This document shows positions 9,540 through 18,340 of a stretch of DNA of 25,103 nucleotides, in pieces; within the stretch, counting starts at the first letter, position 1, and the number at the start of each line of letters is the position of its first letter. A model generated the notes under the pieces. That model searched no databases and was not told the origin of the DNA. It saw nothing but the letters and a program-made list of their open reading frames with translations. Source of the DNA: Clostridiales bacterium (lineage in GTDB: Bacteria > Bacillota > Clostridia > Christensenellales > UBA1242); assembly GCA_003453435.1 (NCBI GenBank), contig DMLH01000034.1, positions 1-25,103 of the forward strand. Reading direction: 5' to 3'. A program made the position numbers and the translations under genes.

Positions 9540-10361
9540 TTACTTGTAATTATAATATTTTCTGTTATCGTATCTGTTAGTATCTGAAAGTTCAAAATAA
9601 GCAGTCATAGTCACAGAAGTGTAATAAATTGACAATATTAAATAACACAAAATGTTTGCCAGCCATAGTATATTTGTTTTGCATAGTAAACTAACAAATG
9701 GAATAACAATTACATAAGGCAAAATGTAGGCAATGGTCAATTTAAAAACATTCTTTCCAATAAGTTGAGTTGTGTTGCTCAACCCCTCTTTTAAAGAATA
9801 GCCATTTGATATCATATTGGGAATATTTATAAGCATTTCAATATTTGCAAGTGTGTAAACAAATATAAGCACACAGCAAAAAATAATTGCAATTATAATA
9901 CACAAGAGCGTTGGTGTGTTAGATAATCCACTAATAAGCAAATGAAATAAGAAAATTATTGAGCCAAAAACAAATGTCAAAACCAAATAAATAATTTCCA
10001 AAACAATAACATTGATTAAAACCACCAAAATGTCATTATTAATGTAAGAGAAAATCTCTTTAAACTTCAATTTTCCACTTCTCATGTGACTTTCGGTTTG
10101 TCCAACCGCAAGGCATAAAAACACAGACATTAGCAATATGCCCAAAATTACAAACACCACTTTTAACCAATCAACCGGCATAAGAATTGCAAACAAATCT
10201 GCAAAATTGCTGATGCTTGTTGATGGATATAAGTTCATAAATTCTACAATTCTAAAAGGCCCACAGCATAGCCCAACAAAAATTGATGGCAACAGCCAAA
10301 TTAAAACCAGCCACCAGCAATTTTTTATGGAATACTTACCGCCTAACTTAACAAATTTCAT
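9540..10361 (-). CDS. Hypothetical multi-pass membrane protein
   Basis: 273 aa, about 6 hydrophobic segments, RBS GGAGG. Similar architecture to the neighbouring gene. Confidence 0.8.
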   Translation of the reverse strand: MKFVKLGGKYSIKNCWWLVLIWLLPSIFVGLCCGPFRIVEFMNLYPSTSISNFADLFAILMPVDWLKVVFVILGILLMSVFLCLAVGQTESHMRSGKLKFKEIFSYINNDILVVLINVIVLEIIYLVLTFVFGSIIFLFHLLISGLSNTPTLLCIIIAIIFCCVLIFVYTLANIEMLINIPNMISNGYSLKEGLSNTTQLIGKNVFKLTIAYILPYVIVIPFVSLLCKTNILWLANILCYLILSIYYTSVTMTAYFELSDTNRYDNRKYYNYK

Positions 10362-10469
10362 TAAAAGCCTCCATTATCTAGCACTAACAAAAACAATTTA
10401 TTTATATTTAATTATAAACAATTGTAGAAAATTTAGCAAACAAAAACGTAAGTAAAATGTAAAATAAAC

Positions 10470-10500
10470 AAAAAAAATGGAGAGCCTAAATGCCCTCCAC
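10470..10500 (-). terminator. Intrinsic terminator closing the phage-like operon
   Basis: Minus strand TGGAGGGC-atttag-GCTCTCCA followed by a T-run. Confidence 0.75.
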
Positions 10501-10557
10501 TACCTTATCTTATATAAAATTGCTTACATGATAAAAATTCGAGCTACAAAAATCAAC

Positions 10558-10908
10558 TTATAATTTGTCATTTTTGTTTAGTTCAATTTCATTATTAATT
10601 TCAGTTTTGTACTTTTTTTTGTCACAATCAAATTTGTTTTGCAAGTTTGCATTTTCATTTTCACAAACTTTCGATTCATCACTTTTGATTTCGTCAACTT
10701 CACCTTCAATCTTTTCATCTTTATTTTCGCTTTTTGACATTGAAATAACTCCAAAAAGAATTAGCACACCGCAAATGCTATCCACAATTTGAGTTATTAT
10801 TTTGCTGTCAACTTCAAAGTTCAAAATTTTTCCAATATTGTTTATAACCAAAATTACTGCAGCAGTCGCACTCATCCAAAAAGAATAACTTTTAAATTTA
10901 TCCTTCAT
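10558..10908 (-). CDS. Phage holin-like protein (2 TM) with charged C-terminal tail
   Basis: KFKSYSFW N-terminal motif, two TM helices ending LILFGVI. RBS AAGGTG before ATG 10908. Confidence 0.7.
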   Translation of the reverse strand: MKDKFKSYSFWMSATAAVILVINNIGKILNFEVDSKIITQIVDSICGVLILFGVISMSKSENKDEKIEGEVDEIKSDESKVCENENANLQNKFDCDKKKYKTEINNEIELNKNDKL

Positions 10909-10930
10909 AAAATGCACCTTAAAACTATTA

Positions 10931-11239
10931 TTAATTGTTCTGTGAATTTTGGCTATTACTTTCTACAATTTGGTTATTTTTTTGAACTTTTGTTGCAATT
11001 TTTTTAGATTTTTTGATTTTGGTATCAGTTTTTTTGGTGTTAAATACAATGCATTTAATTTCGTCAACATCTTCTTTAATTTCCTTAACAATACCCAAAT
11101 GTGATGTTAAATCTCTAATTGTTTGCTGATATTTTTTTTCTCTATTATTACTATCTTTTATGACAAAAATAAACAATCCTAAAAACAAAACTGCCCATAG
11201 CCCATTTTTAATTGCCAAATTTAAAATTTCATTCCACAT
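10931..11239 (-). CDS. BhlA/UviB-family holin-like protein
   Basis: EILNLAIKNGLWAVLFLGLFIFVIKDSNNREKKYQQTI..IKEDVDEIK is typical of BhlA/UviB. Confidence 0.85.
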   Translation of the reverse strand: MWNEILNLAIKNGLWAVLFLGLFIFVIKDSNNREKKYQQTIRDLTSHLGIVKEIKEDVDEIKCIVFNTKKTDTKIKKSKKIATKVQKNNQIVESNSQNSQNN

Positions 11240-11483
11240 TTTTGTTTTTTAGATTTATTATGCTATCAAAAAGTTGTGACTCATCCATATCTAAAAGTGT
11301 TTTATTTAAATCAAACTGTTCTTTTTCCTGTGATGTTTCCATCTCTTTTACTTCATCACTTAAACATTTTTCAACTGCTTTTCTATCTATTTTATTATCA
11401 AACATATCATTTTCCCCACTATTCAAAATTTGAAATAATTTATATTTTCTTATTGCTCCCTGTATTTCACTTAATCTAAACAT
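11229..11483 (-). CDS. Hypothetical protein (84 aa)
   Basis: In the operon, RBS-like GGTGG, overlaps the start of the BhlA-like gene. Confidence 0.65.
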   Translation of the reverse strand: MFRLSEIQGAIRKYKLFQILNSGENDMFDNKIDRKAVEKCLSDEVKEMETSQEKEQFDLNKTLLDMDESQLFDSIINLKNKNVE

Positions 11484-11503
11484 GTTTTTCCACCATATAT
11501 TAT

Positions 11504-13003
11504 TTAAACATATTCATTATCAATCAAATTGGCAATAAGTTTAAAATTGCTTACATATGCTTTTTCTGTTGTACTTGTAATTGAAATTCCAATTCTTTTA
11601 CCTTTAATTCTAACCGGCACTCTAGAAATGACATTACTTCCTTTAATGTCAAATTCTCTACTTTCGATTTCCGAAAATATTTTCAATTTAATATCATACA
11701 AGGAAAGTAATGAAATTTCCTTAACATACTTAATTTTGTTGCTATAACCTAAATCAGTAAACGGCGATGACCAAAATTTTGTTTGACTTGTGTTAAAAAT
11801 TTTGCCATCTGTTGTAAGTTGACCTATTTTTGATGAGTGCTCACCATTAAAACAAGCAAGCAATTTATCGGCAGAGTTATATTGAATTGTGCAAAGATGA
11901 ATTATGTCTAACCCCCTGCAAATTGAATATTGATTTGTTTGAGTATCAAAGCATATAAGTGCATTGTTAACATAATTTCCACTTTCACAGCCCACCTGCT
12001 GATTATCGTCAAAGTTTAATCTGCAAGCCAAATAATAAATACCGTTTCTATATGCTGCAACAGCATTTTGATTTGAAACGCCTTTCAAAAATCTATTAAT
12101 TTTTACATTTAATTTTTGTGCGCTGATGTTATTAAATTCATAAATACCATCTTTGCACAAAACAAGTCCTCTGTTGCCACACACGCAGGCAGTATTTGCA
12201 TAAATTCTGCTACCCGAACATAGCAAATGTGAAACAGAAAAATTGCCATCCAATCTGGTTATTCCAAAATCCCTTACTGCAAATAAATATCCATTAAATG
12301 CAAGTAATTTGTTAATGTAGCCTCTTTCACTATCCAAAACAATAATTTTTGAATTATTGCTAGGTGTTGCACTCCACTGTAAAAGATTAATTTTTTCAAT
12401 TCTTAAACTAAGTCTTTCACCACTAGGCACTGCAACAACTTCATCATTAAACTCACAAAAATCATGAATTAAAGGGGTTGAACTATGTTGAATTGGTTCT
12501 GTTTGTGCGTTCCAACTATAAATATGTTCATTGTCACTATAAAACAGCAAACAATCTCTTTCGCCATCGTGATAATTAGCAATTTTTGGGCACTCAGTTG
12601 GAAAAATATTACGCAAATGAATAAAATTTGGTGTAGTTGTTATAAGCCTTGTAAAGCAAGGAATATTATCACTTGCAACAGCAAAAATTCTATCTTCTCG
12701 CTTTTGAGTTAACAAATCCAAACTTTTAAAATGCGCAATTTTAACAAAATTGTGCGACTTGTCTTGGTCTAATTGAAACTGTGCAGTCACTTCAACACTT
12801 CCCTCATCATGATAACTTGGAATTGTTAAATTTTCAAAACCTATGCCTTCTACAAGTGCACCATTTTTAAATTCAAAATTATACGAATTAACCGCTTTGT
12901 TAAAATCTGTTATGTTCTCATCAGTTGATGCATCAATGCCCTCAGCAAAATTTGAAATATCTAATTCTATGGTTGAAATTTTTGGATATTTAGTTCTCCT
13001 CAT
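11504..13003 (-). CDS. Putative tail nozzle / DNA stabilization protein (P22 gp10- or T7 gp12-like beta-propeller)
   Basis: 499 aa, beta-rich, N-terminal ISNFAEGID, C-terminal WSSPFTDLG..KIKYVKEI. Follows the adaptor with an ATGA overlap. Assignment by resemblance and position. Confidence 0.6.
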   Translation of the reverse strand: MRRTKYPKISTIELDISNFAEGIDASTDENITDFNKAVNSYNFEFKNGALVEGIGFENLTIPSYHDEGSVEVTAQFQLDQDKSHNFVKIAHFKSLDLLTQKREDRIFAVASDNIPCFTRLITTTPNFIHLRNIFPTECPKIANYHDGERDCLLFYSDNEHIYSWNAQTEPIQHSSTPLIHDFCEFNDEVVAVPSGERLSLRIEKINLLQWSATPSNNSKIIVLDSERGYINKLLAFNGYLFAVRDFGITRLDGNFSVSHLLCSGSRIYANTACVCGNRGLVLCKDGIYEFNNISAQKLNVKINRFLKGVSNQNAVAAYRNGIYYLACRLNFDDNQQVGCESGNYVNNALICFDTQTNQYSICRGLDIIHLCTIQYNSADKLLACFNGEHSSKIGQLTTDGKIFNTSQTKFWSSPFTDLGYSNKIKYVKEISLLSLYDIKLKIFSEIESREFDIKGSNVISRVPVRIKGKRIGISITSTTEKAYVSNFKLIANLIDNEYV

Positions 13004-13551
13004 ATCCACCTTCTTTCTTTAAGTTTTGGCATTTTGGCACTGCGCCTAGCAATTTGAACCGCGCTTTCAAACCTGCTATTCCACATTTCACTTTCACTAT
13101 AATTTCCACAAATCAAACAATATTCCGCTGCAATTCCAAAGCCTAAAGCATAACTTGTAATCCTTATATCACAATCAGCAATAGTGTCGCCAATTTCATA
13201 TATTTCAGGTAAAAAATTATAAGTAATTTTATATTTTCCGCTTTTAATTTTTAATGTATCAAGTTCAATCGAATAATCTTCCGCTGTTTCAATAGAGATT
13301 AACTTGTGAAATGTTTTGCTTAGTCCACTCAAATTAAACTGACCTGATGTCACAGTAATTTCTTCAGCAAACTTTAAAGGCAAATGGTCAGTAGCAATAT
13401 CAGATAAAACCTCGTTTGCACAACTTAAAAGCAAATTTACATCTCTTTGGGTTTGCGTATCTAAGTTTTCAAAATTAGATAAATATGCGCTTGATACGTT
13501 TGAAAGTTGTAGCATTATTGCAACTTCTTTTATAACATCATTAATTTTCAT
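13000..13551 (-). CDS. Putative head-tail adaptor (P22 gp4- or T7 gp11-like)
   Basis: 183 aa from ATG 13551 (RBS AGGGG). Helix-beta-helix layout with C-terminal ALGFGIAAEYC..WNSRFE. Position after the capsid gene. Confidence 0.6.
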   Translation of the reverse strand: MKINDVIKEVAIMLQLSNVSSAYLSNFENLDTQTQRDVNLLLSCANEVLSDIATDHLPLKFAEEITVTSGQFNLSGLSKTFHKLISIETAEDYSIELDTLKIKSGKYKITYNFLPEIYEIGDTIADCDIRITSYALGFGIAAEYCLICGNYSESEMWNSRFESAVQIARRSAKMPKLKERRWI

Positions 13552-13819
13552 ATAAATTCCCCTGTAATTTTTGATTAGATTTTTCAATTTCCTCAAGCAA
13601 CTTTTTTTGATTTTGAATTCTTGTTTTTTGCACAAAGTCTATAGTCCTTGCGTCCAAAACATCATATGGTATGGTTAACTCATAAGTGTTTTTGTTGCGT
13701 TTAAAATGCACTTCAAACTTTTCTCTTGTTTTATTAAATAAAACAAAATATTTAGGATTGATATTTTTAATTCTTTTAACGATATCAAAAACGTCACTTT
13801 TTATAACTTGATAAATCAT
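13541..13819 (-). CDS. Hypothetical phage-type protein (92 aa)
   Basis: ORF MIYQVIKSDVFDIVKRIK.. fills the gap and overlaps the adaptor start. Weak RBS. Confidence 0.65.
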   Translation of the reverse strand: MIYQVIKSDVFDIVKRIKNINPKYFVLFNKTREKFEVHFKRNKNTYELTIPYDVLDARTIDFVQKTRIQNQKKLLEEIEKSNQKLQGNLYEN

Positions 13820-13832
13820 AATAAAACAGCAA

Positions 13833-13856
13833 AATTGCCACAAAAAAGTGGCAATT
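13833..13856 (-). terminator. Hairpin / partial terminator after the major capsid gene
   Basis: Perfect 9-bp stem AATTGCCAC-N6-GTGGCAATT with an interrupted T-tail. Confidence 0.65.
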
Positions 13857-13866
13857 CGCTTTCTCC

Positions 13867-15069
13867 TTATTCTGGACTTGACTCTGAAGCAGGTTCAGAT
13901 TCGGATTCTGTTTCCTCTTCAGTTGCTACTAATGTAAGTTTTGCTTGGCCTGCGCATTTATTACAGATAAGGTCTGCATATTTTACAAGTGTTGCAGAAT
14001 ATGTTGGATAATTTGCAGTTTGTTTTAAAATTCTGCCATCCTCACCTGCAAGCCATTGCCAATCGCAAAGTTGATGTAAAGCAAATTCTTTTGTGTTTAA
14101 TAGATACATAACACCATCTTCAATAAATCTATCACTTACAAGTGGAATACCATTGTAACTAATAGCTTTGTAGCCACCTTGCAAATCCATATAATCAACA
14201 TTTTGTTTATAACTTGCAAGATATGCTTGATATGCTCTTTTAACATCACTTGCACAAGTAATGTAGTCAACAGTGCTTCCTGCATTTTCTTCAAGGTAGT
14301 CAATTGCTTCTTGAATTGCAACATCAGTTACAGCACTCATCGTTCCTGTGTAAGGTTTCATCCAAGCATTAGATGCTCTTGTTACGCCGTATATATCAGC
14401 CTCACTAAATATAGCACCTAAACCTGTAATTTCTTTGTTGTATGAACCTTGTACAACAACAAAACAAGTTGCAACAACTGTTTCTGGCAAAGTTTTGTCA
14501 ACAGTAAATGTTTTGTTTACTCTATCAACAAAAGTAATTCTTGCACCAGTTAAAACTGTTGTTGAACCACTGCTATGAATATCCACAACCATGCCTTCAA
14601 TTAAACCTTTAACAGAGTCAACTGAAATAACGCCACTTGAAACTCCGCTAATTGTACAAAGTTTACCTGAACCATCGCCAAAAAGCATTCTGCCAAAGTT
14701 AAATTGACTTGCTTTTATAAGTTCTTCCATTTCTGCATTTAAAAGATTAACAAAAGCGCCTACGCTGTTTTCGCTTGCTCTTAAAGCCTTGTCTGAAATT
14801 TCAATTTTTCCATAAAGATTTTTTAATGTGCTAACAAATTTTACATAGTTGTTACTTGCGCTTGCTGGTAAAACTCCTGCTTCATCACCAGCACCAATGC
14901 CACCATTTATTCCAAATGGAGCCACTTTAATAATTTCTTTTCCCCATACATCTCTTGTTGTTTGTTCAATTCTTGCAAGAAGAGGGTTTGCATTTGTGTT
15001 TAGTTGATTTGATACAACTTCAAGATAAATGCTTTTAAGTGCCTTGTCTGCACTAGATAATGTAACCAT
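13867..15069 (-). CDS. Major capsid protein (HK97 fold, podovirus-like)
   Basis: 400 aa after the scaffold. LYGKIEISDKAL, RMLFGDGSG, ITGLGAI, GYKAISYNGIPLVSDRF..GVMYLLN patterns. Strong RBS AGGAG. Confidence 0.88.
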   Translation of the reverse strand: MVTLSSADKALKSIYLEVVSNQLNTNANPLLARIEQTTRDVWGKEIIKVAPFGINGGIGAGDEAGVLPASASNNYVKFVSTLKNLYGKIEISDKALRASENSVGAFVNLLNAEMEELIKASQFNFGRMLFGDGSGKLCTISGVSSGVISVDSVKGLIEGMVVDIHSSGSTTVLTGARITFVDRVNKTFTVDKTLPETVVATCFVVVQGSYNKEITGLGAIFSEADIYGVTRASNAWMKPYTGTMSAVTDVAIQEAIDYLEENAGSTVDYITCASDVKRAYQAYLASYKQNVDYMDLQGGYKAISYNGIPLVSDRFIEDGVMYLLNTKEFALHQLCDWQWLAGEDGRILKQTANYPTYSATLVKYADLICNKCAGQAKLTLVATEEETESESEPASESSPE

Positions 15070-15085
15070 TTTTTATTTCTCCTAT

Positions 15086-15730
15086 TTAATTTTTAAAATA
15101 GGCTTCCACAATTTTTCCAGCATCCTTAATTGTTTTTGGCTTTTTGACTGGACTTGCAAAAGTACCAGAGCCACTTATGCTGGTCATTAGTGGCATAGCC
15201 TTGTTTTTTTGTAAACTGTCAAGATAGTTATTTACAATTCTCTCACTTATTTGTTTATTGCTATAAACATACTGCTCTAAAAATTGCTCATCTTGAGCAA
15301 GTTTATCGTATGGCACAAATTTACCTGCTAAAACTTTTGTCAATGCATTATTTAATGAATTGGATTGATTTGCAATTAACTCATCATTTTTTAACACATC
15401 GGAAATTTCAGCAATATATTCTTTTGCCAAAGGATGATTTGCAAAAAACGCTTTAACATTTTCACCCCAATCATCTCTTTCGTACTCTGGTACAAACTTG
15501 GTTGTATTCTCCATTTCCAAAAGTTTGTCAGTAAGTTCTTTGATTTTTTGACATTTTTGCGTAAACTCCTTTTCAAGATTTTGATACGCATTGCCAAGTT
15601 CCTTAACCGACTTAAATTTTAATATTGGAGAGCCACTTTCATGCTCCATTTTTTTTTGCTGTTCCTCAGCTATCAAGGTTGAGCCGATTTCTAATGGTTG
15701 TTCTCCATTTTGCTTAATAATTTCTTCCAT
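15086..15730 (-). CDS. Capsid scaffolding protein
   Basis: Helical/coiled-coil with motif KFKSVKELGNAYQNLEKEF, between portal and capsid. RBS AGGAG. Confidence 0.72.
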   Translation of the reverse strand: MEEIIKQNGEQPLEIGSTLIAEEQQKKMEHESGSPILKFKSVKELGNAYQNLEKEFTQKCQKIKELTDKLLEMENTTKFVPEYERDDWGENVKAFFANHPLAKEYIAEISDVLKNDELIANQSNSLNNALTKVLAGKFVPYDKLAQDEQFLEQYVYSNKQISERIVNNYLDSLQKNKAMPLMTSISGSGTFASPVKKPKTIKDAGKIVEAYFKN

Positions 15731-15765
15731 ATATTCTCCTATATAAACTCAAATTATTTAATATT

Positions 15766-17697
15766 TTATTTTTCAGTACTATACTTTTGCGCTATACGTT
15801 CTTTGTGCAATTCAATATGACTAATAAGTAAATTTGCAATTACATCATATTTTTCTTTTAACTCAGCATGACTAAGCGATAATAAAAATGCTGTGTGTTC
15901 CTTTATGTGAATATCATCATCATCAACACTTAAAACAGATACTTCTTTTTGAGACAACATTTCAATATTTTCTCTGCCTGCCTTTTTAGCATGCAAATCT
16001 GTTATATTGTTGCCATCTTGCCATACACCAAAGCCAATCATTTCTAATATCTTTTGTTTTGTAATTGAACTGATGTTTCCGTTTTCATCACTCAATAGTC
16101 CTGCATTTAAAAGTTCAAAAATCATATTGCGTTTTTGAGATAATGTCTCAGCAATTTCACTGCTTGTATCAAGCACAACGTCATCACTAGATATGTCACT
16201 ATTATTCCAATAAAACAATTCAATTTCGCCGTTATCATCAACAATTTTGCCTAGCCTTTTTGCAGATGCAAATTGTTTGTATAGCCTTAATACTTGACCA
16301 CCTATTTCTTTAAGCGCATTTTTAATTGAATCAATTGTTGTTTGCAATCTATCAGATTCCTGCGAAATTAAAAGTTCCAAAGCAACACCACTCATATTGG
16401 ATGAATAGGTTTCTCTTGCAACACTTAAATCACTAATGCCTGCAATATGTGAAAATTCCTCTAAAAGTTTGCTTTCCTCATTTTCAAATGCTGTTGGAAG
16501 TTGGTTCGTTTCCATAATTTTTGGAGGTGTTGAGCCTTGCCTGTATACCAAAACTTTGCCTGGTGAAAGTCCTTCAATTTCCAAACTTTCAATATCAACA
16601 CTTCCGTCTTCAACAGACAAAATGCCCATTGCAATTCTGTTTAAAAATTCGTGCTTTCTGTTTTTAATTGCATTATAACTGCGCTGAACCGGAATAAGTC
16701 TTTCCACAACACTAATTCCCCAAAATGATGCAGGCTGAGGCAACGATACTTGCCTTATAAAAGGAAAGCCTCTTTTGTTTTCAGCTTTATTTATGTATGG
16801 TAATTCACCCATTGCAAGAAGTCTATTTCCTGCAACAACTATTACTCTGCCGTTTGGATATTCCACCGATGGCTTTTCATATTTTTCAATTACAACGGCA
16901 CTATCAGTTGCCCTTTCACTCATAATTTTTGGCACACTTGCAGTATAGCCTAACCCACCAGCAACATTGCTGTTAGATAATGTTAAAACATCAATACTTT
17001 CAGGCAAAACACTAATGCCCCATATCTTTTCAATTTGACTTATCTTATATGGCTTTGCGTGAATAATGCTTGTTTGGTCATCCACTGTTTCAGTTGTAGA
17101 ACTATCTGGAAAAATTTCAAACGGAGAACATACTGAAATATCAACTTCACCTTTTTTTATGGGCATGTTTTCCTTTGTGTAGCCAAGTATTTCACCACAA
17201 TCACTGTTCCACAAAATTTTATAGAAACTAGTTCCGCAAATTTCACTCCAATTTGTTGCTTCAGCAATTTTTTCACTCAACTTTAAATTGTGTTGTATTG
17301 CATTTAAAATTTTTCTTGATACTTTGGCAGAACCTACATCAATTTCACTGCTACTGTTTGGCGCAACACTTAATGTTGGCCTAACCTTTCCAAGTTTTGC
17401 AATTCTGCTTTCTAATATTGGTGCAATGTGGTTATACACTTCTCTTTCTTGCCAAAAATATTGCTTGGAGTACTCCTCAATTTCACCCACATCAGTAATT
17501 GAACAGTACTGATTGCCTGTAACAAAGTTCATATTTAATTGCCATTGCCTTTCCAAATTTCGTCTTGCTTCTTGTCTGCGCAAAAAATCTTGCTTCACTT
17601 CTCTTACAATTTCTTCTTCAAATTTTTCAAACTCTTTTTGCTTTGAACTACTATTTAATTTCATTTTTGATTTTGACATCTCCTTTTTACTTTGCAT
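15766..17697 (-). CDS. Portal protein (P22-like)
   Basis: 643 aa. FVTGNQY, YNHIAPILESRIAKL, VCSPFEIFPD, FWGISVVERLIPVQRSYN, SGVALELL, C-terminal DDIHIKEH. RBS AAGGAG. Confidence 0.85.
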   Translation of the reverse strand: MQSKKEMSKSKMKLNSSSKQKEFEKFEEEIVREVKQDFLRRQEARRNLERQWQLNMNFVTGNQYCSITDVGEIEEYSKQYFWQEREVYNHIAPILESRIAKLGKVRPTLSVAPNSSSEIDVGSAKVSRKILNAIQHNLKLSEKIAEATNWSEICGTSFYKILWNSDCGEILGYTKENMPIKKGEVDISVCSPFEIFPDSSTTETVDDQTSIIHAKPYKISQIEKIWGISVLPESIDVLTLSNSNVAGGLGYTASVPKIMSERATDSAVVIEKYEKPSVEYPNGRVIVVAGNRLLAMGELPYINKAENKRGFPFIRQVSLPQPASFWGISVVERLIPVQRSYNAIKNRKHEFLNRIAMGILSVEDGSVDIESLEIEGLSPGKVLVYRQGSTPPKIMETNQLPTAFENEESKLLEEFSHIAGISDLSVARETYSSNMSGVALELLISQESDRLQTTIDSIKNALKEIGGQVLRLYKQFASAKRLGKIVDDNGEIELFYWNNSDISSDDVVLDTSSEIAETLSQKRNMIFELLNAGLLSDENGNISSITKQKILEMIGFGVWQDGNNITDLHAKKAGRENIEMLSQKEVSVLSVDDDDIHIKEHTAFLLSLSHAELKEKYDVIANLLISHIELHKERIAQKYSTEK

Positions 17698-17698
17698 T

Positions 17699-17908
17699 TT
17701 ATATCTCCTTTTTTCTTAGCATGTTTGGCGGACTTTGTGGCACAACAAATCTTCCGCACTTTGTATAAAAACCATTTAAGCAAGCATGACATATGTGAGT
17801 ATCGCACCTCTTTTTGCCATAAAACAAAGTTACTTTATAGTCAGCAAAATTTGGGCACCCTTTCATGTCGCACTTGGTTTTAACTCCTTCAATTCTATTA
17901 ACTTCCAT
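17699..17908 (-). CDS. Small Cys-rich putative zinc-finger protein
   Basis: CDMKGC..CHAC, RBS GAGGG, overlaps the terS stop and ends 1 nt before the portal ATG. Confidence 0.65.
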   Translation of the reverse strand: MEVNRIEGVKTKCDMKGCPNFADYKVTLFYGKKRCDTHICHACLNGFYTKCGRFVVPQSPPNMLRKKEI

Positions 17909-18239
17909 CTTCTACACCCTCTTGTTTTTTGTTTTTTAAAACATCACTATTGGAATTGTGTTCCAAAAGTTCCATAGCATTTTTTATCTCCTGTTTTAAT
18001 TCTTCATCACTCAAATTATCAAAGTCAACATTCTGTGACACGTTCAAACTTTCAAGCAGAAGTTTTACTGCCGAAATATCTGGTGGAACATCTTTTGTTG
18101 TCACTTTTTTTTTGCTAAGTTTTTCACCATCTTCGCCAATAACATATTCCTCAATAACTTCCTTGTATTGATAACCTAGTGCTTTTTTAATAAGTGATTT
18201 TTCTATTTTATCCTTGTACTTTTCAAAATCTTTGTCCAT
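17898..18239 (-). CDS. Terminase small subunit-like protein lacking the N-terminal HTH
   Basis: EKSLIKKALGY..E..KVTTKDVPPDISAVKLLL matches the oligomerisation region of a common TerS family. Confidence 0.7.
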   Translation of the reverse strand: MDKDFEKYKDKIEKSLIKKALGYQYKEVIEEYVIGEDGEKLSKKKVTTKDVPPDISAVKLLLESLNVSQNVDFDNLSDEELKQEIKNAMELLEHNSNSDVLKNKKQEGVEDGS

Positions 18240-18296
18240 ATTTTACATAGAATCTCCTTTGTTTTTGTAAAAGTTTTTTAGTTGAATTTTATTTTC

Positions 18297-18327
18297 AAAA
18301 AAATGCTAATTTGTTAATTAACATTTT
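18297..18327 (-). terminator. Possible weak terminator after terL
   Basis: Minus strand AAAATGTTAAT-taacaa-ATTAGCATTTT followed by further Ts. AT-rich stem. Confidence 0.45.
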
Positions 18328-18340
18328 ATGAATTCGTAAT

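Noticed and set aside
13867..15069. Encapsulin nanocompartment
   Set aside because: The capsid gene comes with portal, scaffold and terminase, which indicates DNA packaging rather than enzyme cargo.
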